Counted from the first letter of the stretch, positions 1 to 9,734 are shown. The stretch: 54,512 nucleotides of DNA from a virus (IMGVR_UViG_3300007363_000026:1-54512), one strand, 5' to 3'. Made by a program: numbers and translations. Notes: generated by a model from the sequence alone, not told the origin.

Positions 1-109
1 GCAGATAGCGCCGCGTCTCGCAACGGCGCATCGCCCAACCGGAGCGCGGAAACCAGATGCGTTGCCGAATGCGACGGCCTCTCACCTTGGCCGTGTGGCT
101 TATGAACAT
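1..109 (-). CDS. Arg-rich small protein that continues across the window end (109..1 joined to 54512..54484)
   Basis: AGGAG RBS (116-120) precedes ATG at 109. The frame stays open across the joined ends and stops in an ATGA overlap with the next gene. Confidence 0.5.
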   Translation of the reverse strand, partial: MFISHTAKVRGRRIRQRIWFPRSGWAMRRCETRRYL

Positions 110-125
110 TCCAGGCTCCTGCCCT

Positions 126-308
126 TCACTCGGGTTTCTGCAAAACTTGCTGTGCGATACATTTCACAAAGTTCAGTGTGTGGTGTTCTGGGTCATCGGC
201 TCGAATGCATTGTTCAGCAATGTTGCGCAGCGCCGCCTCAAGCTCTGCGATGCGACGCACGGCGCTCTCAGGGATTTCGCCATCCGTCCCGTACCACCTC
301 ATGCGCAT
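126..308 (-). CDS. hypothetical phage protein
   Basis: 60-aa ORF with upstream GGAG, in a tandem minus-strand run. Confidence 0.55.
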   Translation of the reverse strand: MRMRWYGTDGEIPESAVRRIAELEAALRNIAEQCIRADDPEHHTLNFVKCIAQQVLQKPE

Positions 309-324
309 GGCATTCGCTCCTTTT

Positions 325-573
325 TCAAACTAAGTTTTCAAGCTCTCGCGCCAGCGCATGAAGCTGCTGAGGAAGTTCGTCGTCGCCCACCATGTCGGCG
401 GCGTAGCGAAGGCGTCGAGAGATATCAAGGACGCGGCGCTCACGCTGGATCAACAAGCGGGCCACGCGCTCGATCAGGTGATTGCGCCCGCGCCCGACCA
501 TCCCGCGGCCGTCCGTGTCATAGATGGCCCGACGCGCCAGCGTCATGGCCTCATCCCAACTTGTTTCCTGCAC
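325..573 (-). CDS. hypothetical phage protein
   Basis: 82-aa helical ORF with AAGGAGG RBS upstream. Confidence 0.65.
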   Translation of the reverse strand: MQETSWDEAMTLARRAIYDTDGRGMVGRGRNHLIERVARLLIQRERRVLDISRRLRYAADMVGDDELPQQLHALARELENLV

Positions 574-592
574 TGGTCGCCTCCTTTGTCTC

Positions 593-823
593 TCAAAATT
601 CTACTGGCTTGTCATTGTCGAGATCGCCAACGCGCATAAGGACGTACATGCCGGGAGGCCTCCTAATCGCGCCGATAATCTTTTCCTCATGGATCGCAAC
701 GATGTGCCTGCCGTCGGCGGCAGCGGTGCGGATTATCTGATCCTTGCGATCCTCGGTTTCCATGGCGACAATCTCTAAAAGTTCAGTGAATAGTTTCACA
801 TGGGCCACCGCCGCCTCCTTCAT
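593..823 (-). CDS. hypothetical phage protein
   Basis: ATG at 823 overlaps the upstream stop (ATGA); MKEAAVAHVK... Confidence 0.6.
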   Translation of the reverse strand: MKEAAVAHVKLFTELLEIVAMETEDRKDQIIRTAAADGRHIVAIHEEKIIGAIRRPPGMYVLMRVGDLDNDKPVEF

Positions 824-1395
824 CTCGTCTTCTGCCGGGGGCCAAGCTTCGCGTGCGCCCGCCAGCGGTTCATTCGCGGATTGATAGCCTTGAACGCGGC
901 CTCGCACTCCACCCAGCCCGGATACTTCTTCACGTTGGACCAGATGCCCTCGAACCGTTCCCACTCTACATCCGTGAGCACGACAGCGCGGCTCTTGTTC
1001 GTCTTGGCCATCGCCTGACCGCGCACGTGCTTGGCAAGCTGGGTCCGCACCACTTCCAGCATGGCCTTGCGAAGCCCAGGCGTATCGGCTGTTAGGCCGG
1101 TATCCAAGTCCCTCACGGCGGCGCTGCAACCTCTAGGGAGCTTTGCCAGTTTAGCCGTGAACGCATCATAGTCGCGGAGCATATCAGAAGCCCGCTTGCG
1201 CGGCTCCGCCAGCAGGAACGCATACGCCAAAACGACGGTGGATTTCTCGCGCACCATCCTAAGCAGATACTCACGCGGGTGCTCGCCAAGGTCTACGATG
1301 CGCTTCACGCGCTCCGCTTCAAGGCGTGCACGCTGTTCAGATGCGGAGAGCCACCTATGGTGGCGCACGACGCCGATGTAGTCTTGGTCAACCAT
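820..1395 (-). CDS. degenerate resolvase/serine-recombinase-like protein
   Basis: N-terminus YIGVVR...SASEQRARLEAERVKRIVD...STVVL resembles the resolvase fold (IGYARVS...Q...L), but the catalytic RVS is absent. Confidence 0.5.
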   Translation of the reverse strand: MVDQDYIGVVRHHRWLSASEQRARLEAERVKRIVDLGEHPREYLLRMVREKSTVVLAYAFLLAEPRKRASDMLRDYDAFTAKLAKLPRGCSAAVRDLDTGLTADTPGLRKAMLEVVRTQLAKHVRGQAMAKTNKSRAVVLTDVEWERFEGIWSNVKKYPGWVECEAAFKAINPRMNRWRAHAKLGPRQKTR

Positions 1396-1398
1396 TTG

Positions 1399-1446
1399 TG
1401 CAAATCTACTTTACTGGTTGCAAATCGTCAACCGCTTTGGTAGAGT
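1399..1446. promoter_or_regulatory. overlapping divergent sigma70-type promoters with TGCAAATC direct repeats
   Basis: Plus: TTGCAA(1418)-17-TAGAGT(1441). Minus: TTGACG(1431)-17-TAGATT(1408), placed for a leaderless start at ATG 1395. TGCAAATC at 1399 and 1419. Confidence 0.6.
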
Positions 1447-1455
1447 GCACGCAGG

Positions 1456-1695
1456 ATGAAGTCAACAATCAATGAGACAGAGGCCTCTGACATGTGCCAA
1501 TGCAGTCAGTGCAACACGACACCAGAGCAAGAGGCGCACTTCTACCTCAGTGCAGCCATCGAAAATTTGACCGAAAATCAGACACAGCTTGATGCGGACG
1601 GGGTGCGAGTTGGCGTGTCGCGTGAGGCATTGGAGATAGTTCTTCGGCACCTCACGATGCCGGATCTTTCGGCCAACGATCCAACTCCGTTCTGA
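1456..1695 (+). CDS. hypothetical protein
   Basis: First ORF of a plus-strand four-gene cassette; QLDADG.VGVSR motif. Confidence 0.6.
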   Translation: MKSTINETEASDMCQCSQCNTTPEQEAHFYLSAAIENLTENQTQLDADGVRVGVSREALEIVLRHLTMPDLSANDPTPF

Positions 1696-1717
1696 AGTGA
1701 AGGAAAGGGCCACGGCC

Positions 1718-1918
1718 ATGAAGCGCAGCATCAACTTTCGCGGACGCGCAGGAAAGCATCTGACGCTAGTAAACTTCGCCGCGCTTTGTGAGCGCTACGG
1801 GGTAGACCCGGCAAAGGCGTTGCAAAAGCCCGATGACGCGACGCCGTATCTTGAGGCTATGGAGAAGCCGAAAGGCGAAAGCCTGGAAGCTTTCACGGAC
1901 CGCATGATGAAAGAGTGA
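1718..1918 (+). CDS. hypothetical protein
   Basis: ATG downstream of AAGGAAAGGG; tandem arrangement. Confidence 0.55.
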   Translation: MKRSINFRGRAGKHLTLVNFAALCERYGVDPAKALQKPDDATPYLEAMEKPKGESLEAFTDRMMKE

Positions 1919-1934
1919 GACAAGGGCCGCGGCC

Positions 1935-2171
1935 ATGGAATGGAAGCCCCATAAGTACGGGACCGGCGCCGACCTCGACCTGGGCATCGGCAGTCTGATG
2001 GTGGAGTACGAGTCCACGCTGCGGCTGGAGCCGGGAGCGCCACGCTACAACGTGTTTGTGTTTGGCAAGCGCCTGAAAACGCGCAGCGAGAGTTTTGAAG
2101 AAGGCAAGGAGCGGGCCGTCACTGTCGCCAGGAAGTGGCTAGCCGAAGCTCAGGACAAGCTTTCAACCTGA
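1935..2171 (+). CDS. hypothetical protein
   Basis: 78-aa ORF in the cassette. Confidence 0.6.
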   Translation: MEWKPHKYGTGADLDLGIGSLMVEYESTLRLEPGAPRYNVFVFGKRLKTRSESFEEGKERAVTVARKWLAEAQDKLST

Positions 2172-2193
2172 TAGCAAGAAAAGGGCCTCTGCC

Positions 2194-2424
2194 GTGAGCA
2201 ACCCAACAGTGGAGGATTTGCAGATGCTGTTTCGCAACCCGGACAACATGACCGACGACGAAAAGCGCGCGCAACTTCGGAAGTGCTATGGCGGCTCTTT
2301 GGTGCCACCGCCGGGCCACTACGGCAGCAAGTCAAGTGAGTTGCTGGTGGTGGTAGGCATCATTGTTTTCATTATCGCACCGCAGATTGCGCTGGCCATT
2401 GTACGGCTGCTTTTCGGCGCGTAA
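2194..2424 (+). CDS. small membrane protein
   Basis: C-terminal hydrophobic helix LLVVVGIIVFIIAPQIALAIV. Confidence 0.55.
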   Translation: MSNPTVEDLQMLFRNPDNMTDDEKRAQLRKCYGGSLVPPPGHYGSKSSELLVVVGIIVFIIAPQIALAIVRLLFGA

Positions 2425-2627
2425 TCAATCACCGAGAGAAGGGCCTGTCCATATCGGTATATACAAGCGTAAAGATATAGTTCAAGGAATCCAAACCACC
2501 TGACGCACCTATTGGTGCAGTCACCCCGGTGTTTAGTGGAACCAATCGAAAAAGATCAAAAACGACGCCAGCATCACCCAGAAGGCATCCCGTAGCGTTT
2601 TAGGCAACGTTCGCCATGCCCCGACGA

Positions 2628-3116
2628 TCACGGCGACCCCAAGAACGCTCGCCAATACGGAAGTCCCCACTTGTACGCGGCTACGGCTGCTGCGGTTATC
2701 GGCGCCCAGTTGGCAGCCAGCTTCGGCGCAAAGTCGAGAAACTTTTCTCCGAGTTTCACCCAGGTGGGCTGCTGCGGCTTCAAGCTCGCGTTGTAGGTTG
2801 CCTGATTGGCTTCCACCCGCCCCAAAGCCTGTCCCTGGTCCGAGATCATACGCTGCAGCAGCCCCATAGCGTACTCGAGAAGGCTCTCTATACGGGTCAG
2901 TTTCTGGGCCGCCGCTTCGAACCCAAGCTGGCGCTGCGAGATTTGGTTGATCCCCATCTGAGCGTCGATCAGAGACTTGTGAATAGCTTGGTAATTCGTT
3001 CGGTCGGAATTGATGATCACGTTCTGATTGCCCTCGACCCGGCTGATCGACTGGTCGATGCGCCCCAAGGCCTGAGCGATAGCGCTCAGTCTCTCTAGTA
3101 TAATCGTCCTGGGCAT
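2628..3116 (-). CDS. coiled-coil protein with C-terminal membrane anchor (holin-like, lysis cassette)
   Basis: Heptad-rich body with hydrophobic C-terminus; last gene of the late operon, after the spanins. Confidence 0.5.
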   Translation of the reverse strand: MPRTIILERLSAIAQALGRIDQSISRVEGNQNVIINSDRTNYQAIHKSLIDAQMGINQISQRQLGFEAAAQKLTRIESLLEYAMGLLQRMISDQGQALGRVEANQATYNASLKPQQPTWVKLGEKFLDFAPKLAANWAPITAAAVAAYKWGLPYWRAFLGSP

Positions 3117-3208
3117 CTGTCATCGCGGCTCTGGTTAGATGTTGGGTCTCCATGGGCTACGCGAGGACTGCTGCACGAACGTCTTGATTGGTTATTGGTT
3201 GCTTCCGG

Positions 3209-3466
3209 TTAGGAAGTTTTCGGCGGCTGCTTCGGCTCTGGGCAGTCGTCAGAATAGACGGTCTTCTTCCCGCTCTTAAGGGTTGCCAGCACAGAGTTGT
3301 GGGCAATCACCTGTTGGCGGGTTTCTTTCGTGTCCTGACATGACCAGCCAATCGACTTGAACGGCTTAAGGTTTGTCGCTGGGATCTCTCTTGGCTGGGT
3401 CTCGCACCCCGCGCTTGCCAGAGACAACATCAGAGCGCACATCGTCAGACTTTTGGGCGTCTTCAT
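3209..3466 (-). CDS. o-spanin-like lipoprotein (Rz1-like)
   Basis: Lipoprotein signal MKTPKSLTMCALMLSLASAGC; overlaps the upstream gene in another frame. Confidence 0.6.
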   Translation of the reverse strand: MKTPKSLTMCALMLSLASAGCETQPREIPATNLKPFKSIGWSCQDTKETRQQVIAHNSVLATLKSGKKTVYSDDCPEPKQPPKTS

Positions 3467-3620
3467 TGGCTTTCTTCTCAATCTTTTCATTCTGCATGCG
3501 GGCGCCTACCGAGCGCTCATGCTTTTGCCAGACCTTGAAGCCACCAAGAGCGACCACCGACACTCCGAGTAGCTGGAGCACGCGGGAACCAAGAAAGATG
3601 CGGGCAAGCGCAAGCATCAT
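3366..3620 (-). CDS. i-spanin-like protein (Rz-like)
   Basis: N-terminal TM helix plus charged coiled segment, directly after the endolysin. Confidence 0.6.
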   Translation of the reverse strand: MMLALARIFLGSRVLQLLGVSVVALGGFKVWQKHERSVGARMQNEKIEKKANEDAQKSDDVRSDVVSGKRGVRDPAKRDPSDKP

Positions 3621-4405
3621 TGCACTGCCTCCTTTGGAAGATAGCGGCCTTCCTCATAGTCTTGTCGCGTGAAGTATTTGAACGCTGCGAAGGCCAGAGC
3701 CGCGAGCACGCAGAAGGCAATAGCCATCTCGATCCCGTATTCCTTGATGAAAGCGGCGGCCTGCTGCGCGTAGCCAAGGCTGTCGGCAATGGTTAGTCCG
3801 GCCAAGCTCAGACCTGTTGTTGCCGTAAGAGCCTGCCCAGCGTTGGCTGTGGCCACCTTTCTGGATCCCTCCGGGACATCTGCCGGCGGCGCCACGAGCT
3901 GCGGCATATCCGGCCCCTTTGACGGCTCGTCTGGCGTAAGAAACATGGCCGTCTCGCCTGCGCGGCGTCTAACCAGCCCAGGCAACACCACAAGCTGCTG
4001 CGTCCTTGGGTTTCGAGCCTTGTTGTAGAGCGCAAAAGACCGGGACGCTCCAGCCGGATCGCCTGCATTCAGCTTCTTGACAATGCTGGAGGCGCCAAGG
4101 GCGTAAACCCCACAATTGTAGGAGAACGAAACCAGTGCATCGAACTGGTTTTGCGTCATGTCGACCGTTACCACTCGGTTGACTGCGGCCTCGTGCTTCG
4201 CAAGTTCAAGCTTGAAGCGGTCAAGGGCCTGCTGGCGCGTCCATACCTCACCCTCTCGGATGCCTTCAGTGCATCCGTAGCCGATTGTGAGCACCCCTGC
4301 GGGGCAGTAGTACGTCGTGCAATCACCGTTCGGGAGTTCCCGGTGGTAGCCCTCGAATGAGGCAATGAACTCAACGCCTTTTTGGGAGATCTTCATTTCA
4401 GTCAC
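3617..4405 (-). CDS. endolysin, GH24 lysozyme with C-terminal hydrophobic helices
   Basis: FEG...CPAGVLTIGYG, QNQFDALVSFSYNCG and GLVRRRAGE motifs; hydrophobic C-terminus. Confidence 0.9.
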   Translation of the reverse strand: MTEMKISQKGVEFIASFEGYHRELPNGDCTTYYCPAGVLTIGYGCTEGIREGEVWTRQQALDRFKLELAKHEAAVNRVVTVDMTQNQFDALVSFSYNCGVYALGASSIVKKLNAGDPAGASRSFALYNKARNPRTQQLVVLPGLVRRRAGETAMFLTPDEPSKGPDMPQLVAPPADVPEGSRKVATANAGQALTATTGLSLAGLTIADSLGYAQQAAAFIKEYGIEMAIAFCVLAALAFAAFKYFTRQDYEEGRYLPKEAVQ

Positions 4406-4485
4406 CCCTTAAGATGGGCAACGCACACAAACAGGAACACTCCAACAACAAGCCATCCGGCGATATCTTCGATGAAGGCAAGCAT
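4402..4485 (-). CDS. 27-aa hydrophobic peptide
   Basis: MLAFIEDIAGWLVVGVFLFVCVAHLKG; overlaps both neighbours (TGATG and GTGA). Confidence 0.5.
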   Translation of the reverse strand: MLAFIEDIAGWLVVGVFLFVCVAHLKG

Positions 4486-6110
4486 CAGTAGAGCGTCGCG
4501 ATTGGTCCCACACCCGTCGTGAACGTCGTCGGCGGCGTGATGGTGGTAAATGTGCCGTAGGTTTCGCCGGTCTTCTTGCTGGCGCGGAAGCGGCCAAACG
4601 TGTGCGAATTGAAGCGGTACCCTGTGTTATTGCACTGGAGTAACACGTAGTACGTGGCTGGACCGTAGAGCGTCGTCGAGGCTGACAGAGCCAGATCCTG
4701 ATAGGCGTCAGTGCCAGAGGCTGCCGTTGATGCCGTCTGCACCAGAACAGCGCCTGAACTTGTCGCAATGGCCGCCTTGATGTTTCCAGCCACTGCCGAG
4801 CCGTTGAAGATGGAAATCCCCGTACACGTGCAGTTCGCGGCAACAAACACCTCTGCAATGTAGGTTTCCGTAACGGACGGGGTGGTGTCGGTGCCGTCCG
4901 TCGAAACCTGCGCAGGAATGCCGCCGGTATGGAAGGCAGTCGCCTGCGCGACATATCCGGTTCCAAGTGCATAGGTCGCTGTCGGAAGCGCAAGAATGAT
5001 CCATTTTACAGTGATGTTCTTCGGGCGTGTTTCCGACGTGCTGTCGTTCGCCGCCGTATTGGCAACCGTGACGCTGATGCCGGTGGTGTTGGAGGCCGTG
5101 GCCTTGGTGGCTGCACTGCCAATCGTTGTGTCATTATCGCCGGTTATGTTGAACCCGGTCGGGGTCGCGCCGCCTCCATTACCAGCAAGACGAGCGTCAG
5201 AAGTCATGTTGTGCGTGTGGCCGGGGTCGGTCACAGACGCCGTGTGGTTGTGGCGCAGGAAAGCAGACGCCTGCTTTGTACCAACTGAAGCGCCCGTGGT
5301 GCCGTCGCCGCGATCGGTTCGAGAACTTGCCTCCGTACCGGATGCGTCAAAGCCGCGAAGGAAGTAATCCTTGTAATTTGGCAGGTTGAACGTTGTTGAG
5401 CCGTCACCCGTGCCGTAATTGGTGCCGATAACGGCAAACAGCGCTGAATAGGTGGTGCGCGAAACCGCCGTCCCATCGCACTCGAGCCAGCCGCTTGGAA
5501 CCGTCGTCATGGGCCAAGCCATAACCACGCCCACGGACATGGCCACGGGGTTGGCCGCGCTCGACTGCAGGATAAACTGCGTCCCGTCGTAAACGACAGA
5601 ACACATGATGTTGGCGATGATCTCGCCAGACGTCAGAGCCTGACCGGCCGCCGTATAAACGTTTTTGGTGCCGTTGCCGTCCACGTTAATGGTGACGGTG
5701 CTCGAGCTGGTGGCGGTTGGTATGAACGTGAACCGCTGGCCAGCAACGTATGAAGTCAGGCTATAGCCCGTCGTCAGCGTGATGGCATTTGCCGTGCCGC
5801 CGACCGTAGGTGCCCAAATGCCCTTCTGAGACACCACATCATCAAGGCGCGCGTAATTGAGAGGACCAGCCGCGGCTCCGACGTTGGAGTGATAAAACCC
5901 GCCCATCGGAAGGTGAGCCGTGGCCGTGTTGCCGCCATCTTTCTTGAGGCAAGAATTGACGCCGTCCGCAATGTCCTGATCGTGGACATCATGGTCGGAA
6001 GCCACGATATCCCGACCTGCGGCATCAGCAAGCTGCCATGTGGTCGACCCAGTGCGCGTGCCATCCGTCCGAGAGAACGTCTGACTGCCGGTTGATCCGC
6101 TCCAAGACAT
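4485..6110 (-). CDS. tail fiber protein with tail-collar domain
   Basis: GVVMAWP...PSGWLECDG.AVSRTTYSALFAVIGT.YG.GDGSTTFNLP collar motif; ETRPKN motif; Thr/Gly-rich. Confidence 0.85.
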   Translation of the reverse strand: MSWSGSTGSQTFSRTDGTRTGSTTWQLADAAGRDIVASDHDVHDQDIADGVNSCLKKDGGNTATAHLPMGGFYHSNVGAAAGPLNYARLDDVVSQKGIWAPTVGGTANAITLTTGYSLTSYVAGQRFTFIPTATSSSTVTINVDGNGTKNVYTAAGQALTSGEIIANIMCSVVYDGTQFILQSSAANPVAMSVGVVMAWPMTTVPSGWLECDGTAVSRTTYSALFAVIGTNYGTGDGSTTFNLPNYKDYFLRGFDASGTEASSRTDRGDGTTGASVGTKQASAFLRHNHTASVTDPGHTHNMTSDARLAGNGGGATPTGFNITGDNDTTIGSAATKATASNTTGISVTVANTAANDSTSETRPKNITVKWIILALPTATYALGTGYVAQATAFHTGGIPAQVSTDGTDTTPSVTETYIAEVFVAANCTCTGISIFNGSAVAGNIKAAIATSSGAVLVQTASTAASGTDAYQDLALSASTTLYGPATYYVLLQCNNTGYRFNSHTFGRFRASKKTGETYGTFTTITPPTTFTTGVGPIATLY

Positions 6111-6131
6111 TCCTTGTTTTCCTTTGAGATC

Positions 6132-6800
6132 CTATGCCCAAGACGCGGCAACGATGCTGCGCACGCCGGATGAACCCGCTCCACTAATGCTGCGGCCGGT
6201 CTGTGCTGCCAGGTTTTGATTGCTGCCCGTTGCCCACCCAAGGCCAGAAAGAGCCGCGTTGCGATCCGTTGACAGGCCGCTCAGAGTGATGGCCTCAGTA
6301 ATATTGCTGCCCGTCGTTGCAATGGCGACGCCGCTGTCCGGCACATTCAAGCTACACGAAACAGATGTCACGGCATTGCCGCTGCCAGTTGCTGTGTGAT
6401 ACGGCGTCGAGCTTGAAAGACCAGAGACATTGTAACCGTTGACGCATAAGCCGCGAGACGCCGATGAGCCGAAACCAATGACAACGCTTTGGTTGCCCCC
6501 AGGCGACACAATCGAGGCGATGGCCGATGCCAGCGCGAGAGATGAGCCGTTATTGCCATACGTCTGAACGTTGATTGTCGCTGCCACGCCGTTGACGGTT
6601 ACGCTTGAGACGGACAAGGACGAGGCGGCTTGGTTGGCGATGACGCACAGCACCAACAGACTGCCGGCAGATCCCGTGTTGAAGTTACTGAACGTGTAAT
6701 TGCTGGCGTTTGCGGCGAACGGCGTCGCCTCGTAAACGTAGATGCTAGAACCAGCAGCCCCGCCAGATCCAAACCCCACAAGATGCGTTGCGAGAAACAT
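6132..6800 (-). CDS. virion structural / tail-associated protein
   Basis: Ser/Gly/Thr-rich beta-type composition, next to the tail fiber. Confidence 0.6.
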   Translation of the reverse strand: MFLATHLVGFGSGGAAGSSIYVYEATPFAANASNYTFSNFNTGSAGSLLVLCVIANQAASSLSVSSVTVNGVAATINVQTYGNNGSSLALASAIASIVSPGGNQSVVIGFGSSASRGLCVNGYNVSGLSSSTPYHTATGSGNAVTSVSCSLNVPDSGVAIATTGSNITEAITLSGLSTDRNAALSGLGWATGSNQNLAAQTGRSISGAGSSGVRSIVAASWA

Positions 6801-7594
6801 CAGGTGTCTGTGTTGGCGTCGGTGGTCAGGAACAGCGTAATGCCGTGCAGGCGCGCATCAATGGCCATGGTGTCGGAGCCATCAGAAGGAACTCGCTTCA
6901 CCTGATACACAACCCAATCCTGTGCGGCTGGCGTGCCGGCGATGGTGATGGCCGAGCTTTCGGCCGTGATGTAAATCGTGTTTGTGGTGCCGCCCGTGTC
7001 AGCAACCTGCTGCGCCGTGCCAAAGGCCGCATCCCCAGCGTCACCGTCAGAGATCGCAACGGCCTCGAGCGCCCAGACCACACCGAAATTCGTCGTCGTC
7101 GCTGCGTGGCTCCATGTCGCTTGGAACGTCACGGTGCTCTCGTTCCATGACTTCGGCATGCGAATGGAGAACTGCGCGAATTCCTGCGTCGTGGTGTCGA
7201 AGTCCAAGGACTTCAGCATCACCTTATTGCTGGATGTCTCGACCGTGCCCGTTGAAGGCCCGTTGGTGGTCCTTGAGACCATGGCTGTGGCCGGTATCCA
7301 GACCGTATGCTTGCCAGCCCCGTTGACCGCTACGCCATTCTCTGTGATTGCACCCGTGGTTGCCAGTGTCCCGACCCCGGACATATTGCCGGAATCGTCG
7401 ACAGTGATTGCGCTGGCTTGCGCTCCCTTGGCTACCCCGTCCGACCGAAGAACCCGGTTGTCATTGGTGAACGCCGCAGACGCAGAAACTGCGTTGTAGG
7501 CCCCTGCTGTCCGCAGTGCCTCGATTTCAGTTCCAACGTCGGAGAAGTTGTCCCCGTTGTTGGATGGGTGATGGATGATCTTGTTGGACTTCAT
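6800..7594 (-). CDS. virion structural / tail-associated protein
   Basis: Thr/Ala-rich with LDFD...EFAQF...MPKSW motif; coupled to both neighbours. Confidence 0.6.
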   Translation of the reverse strand: MKSNKIIHHPSNNGDNFSDVGTEIEALRTAGAYNAVSASAAFTNDNRVLRSDGVAKGAQASAITVDDSGNMSGVGTLATTGAITENGVAVNGAGKHTVWIPATAMVSRTTNGPSTGTVETSSNKVMLKSLDFDTTTQEFAQFSIRMPKSWNESTVTFQATWSHAATTTNFGVVWALEAVAISDGDAGDAAFGTAQQVADTGGTTNTIYITAESSAITIAGTPAAQDWVVYQVKRVPSDGSDTMAIDARLHGITLFLTTDANTDT

Positions 7595-9732
7595 TTCTTG
7601 TTTTGGCCGATCATCAGGCCAGTCTGTCCCGGTATGGCGGTGGCAGTAGCCTCATTGGCAGCGGCCAAGAATTTGCCAAGCGTAGCGATCCTATCGCTGC
7701 CCCACGTCTGTTCAATGCGGGCCAGAATGGCGTCGCGCTGCGCCCTGTCGGCAGTGAACAGACGGCGCGCTAGTTCCTTCGCAACCTCGTCCTTGAAACC
7801 AAACATCTTGTTTAGGCCCGTGCTTACGATCTCCATGCCTATCGAGAGCAGCGTCGGTGACGAGCGATAGCGGTCGAACATTTCTCCAATTGTCTGGCGG
7901 CCAAGGCGAGCATCGTCCGCCAAGCGTTCGGCTGTCATGGAGTTCCCGAACACCTTGTTCTTGGTGTTGCTCATAAGCTTTTCGAGCGACACAAGCTCGC
8001 CAAGCCTTTCCGGCCGGTCAGTAAAGACGGCCGTTGACTTTTCGGAGCGAGGAATTGCCGCCTCAAGGATCTGCTGCATGCGCGGCGTCTCAAAAATGCG
8101 CGTCACGTCCGCTGATCTGGCGGTGTTGCCCTTGTTGCCCATGTAGGCATCATGCAATCCAAGACGAAAAAGCTTCTGCTGGCCCTCAGTGAGTTCAGCA
8201 ATTTGATCCGCGGCTACATTCGAGTCTTCGCGCCACGCCTTCCGCCCCAAATCAAGCGCGTCCTTCATGTCCATTTCAGATGAAAAATAATTGCGCGCCT
8301 CTTTGTACTTGGCCCCGACGCCGTTTGTCTTGATGTTGTCAACGGCATTAAGCAGCGTGTTCTTCAGGTCCGTTAGGATCTTTTCTGCGTACTTGTCTGG
8401 CTGTGTTGGGTTGCGCGTCTTTGAGATGAGGCTATCCAAGGCCTTTTTTGCCTGATCAAATCCGTGCAGGTCAGACACCAGCCTCCCGTCGCCAGTCGTG
8501 AACAAACGAAGCGCACGCTTGATGATCGCGGCTTCTGTCGTTTGCATGTTTGCAGTGGCCTGCAGCGTCTGCGTAATGATTGGCCCAATGGTCTGCCCAA
8601 CGTCGACGCCCTGTGCGAGCTTCCTGGCTTCACCATAAAGTTCATTGCTGCGCTCTTTGAGCTTGGCCAGCATGGCCTTTTCAGTCTGATATGCCGTGTC
8701 CCCGAACTTGTGGTGGTCCTTGTCAAAGATTGTGAATGCGCGCTTCAGATACTCCCCGACGCGCTCATACATGCCGGCAGCTTCTTGGTCGGGCTGACGC
8801 GCGGCCAGCGGGTTGCGATGCGCAATGCCGGCGCTAGACGCTATCGCAGCCGCGTCTCCTTTTGGCGTGACGCCAGTCTGCCGCGCACCGAGAACCGCTT
8901 CACCAACTTTTGCGGCCTCTGGGTTTCCACGGACAACGCCACCCGCCAGCTTCTGCATGCCAGAAGAAGCGTCGGCAAGCGTTAGCGGGACATCGACGTA
9001 GCTGTTGGAATCAAGACGTGAGACGCGATCCGCCTCATTGAAGAACGAACGAAGTTTTTTTGGATCGTCGCCGCTCGAGCGCAGCCATGACTTCAGCACA
9101 GAGTCGGCAGCAGCCTCGTCGGGGTTTTGCCGCGAAAGCTTTGCGCCTGCTCTGGCTAGCGTTGGCGCCGCAGCGTCAATCGTCTTTGTAAGAGCATTGC
9201 CAGCAACAGTGCCGACCCCAGACAGAGCGCCGCCAAGAAGGCCGCCAACAACAGCGCCGTGTTTTGCACCACCAAGCGTGTCCTCATCTGCGGCACCCGC
9301 TCCAGCCAAGGCGCCAACTCCGGAACCAATCTTGGCTCCCTGCCACATCGTCTTGCCAACGGTGGCCGCAGGCTTCATGACGCCGGCAACAAGCCCTAGA
9401 CCTGGCGTTAGAAAGCCGCCGCCAAGTTCTGCCGCAAGTGCCGCTTTTGGGTTCTCCGCCTTGAACGCCGCGATCTTGGCGCGCTCGTCATCGCGGGCCT
9501 TTTCATACTCTTCGCCCGCGAACACTTGGCGAAGGCGACCCATGATCTCATCGCCCCAACCAAGCAGCGCACCCTGTCCGAACAAGGTGCGAGCTAGGCC
9601 AGCCTCATAAGTCTGTGGAGGCGCTCCAGATCCTCTCGCCGCGACTTCCTCGTCTGTCAGAAACTTCTGAGCAGATGGCGCAGCAGTGCCAAGGGTCGCC
9701 ACTTCAGCGTCGGTTAGGAACTTTTCAGCCAT
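7591..9732 (-). CDS. internal virion (DNA ejection) protein
   Basis: 713-aa Ala/Gly-rich helical protein with GQGALLGWGDEI motif; third of three ejection-type genes. Confidence 0.65.
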   Translation of the reverse strand: MAEKFLTDAEVATLGTAAPSAQKFLTDEEVAARGSGAPPQTYEAGLARTLFGQGALLGWGDEIMGRLRQVFAGEEYEKARDDERAKIAAFKAENPKAALAAELGGGFLTPGLGLVAGVMKPAATVGKTMWQGAKIGSGVGALAGAGAADEDTLGGAKHGAVVGGLLGGALSGVGTVAGNALTKTIDAAAPTLARAGAKLSRQNPDEAAADSVLKSWLRSSGDDPKKLRSFFNEADRVSRLDSNSYVDVPLTLADASSGMQKLAGGVVRGNPEAAKVGEAVLGARQTGVTPKGDAAAIASSAGIAHRNPLAARQPDQEAAGMYERVGEYLKRAFTIFDKDHHKFGDTAYQTEKAMLAKLKERSNELYGEARKLAQGVDVGQTIGPIITQTLQATANMQTTEAAIIKRALRLFTTGDGRLVSDLHGFDQAKKALDSLISKTRNPTQPDKYAEKILTDLKNTLLNAVDNIKTNGVGAKYKEARNYFSSEMDMKDALDLGRKAWREDSNVAADQIAELTEGQQKLFRLGLHDAYMGNKGNTARSADVTRIFETPRMQQILEAAIPRSEKSTAVFTDRPERLGELVSLEKLMSNTKNKVFGNSMTAERLADDARLGRQTIGEMFDRYRSSPTLLSIGMEIVSTGLNKMFGFKDEVAKELARRLFTADRAQRDAILARIEQTWGSDRIATLGKFLAAANEATATAIPGQTGLMIGQNKK

Positions 9733-9734
9733 CG

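Noticed and set aside
2533-3153. 206-aa ORF overlapping 2628..3116
   Set aside because: Its composition looks like an alternate frame; the 162-aa coiled-coil/TM frame is more protein-like. A dual-frame lysis gene is not fully excluded.
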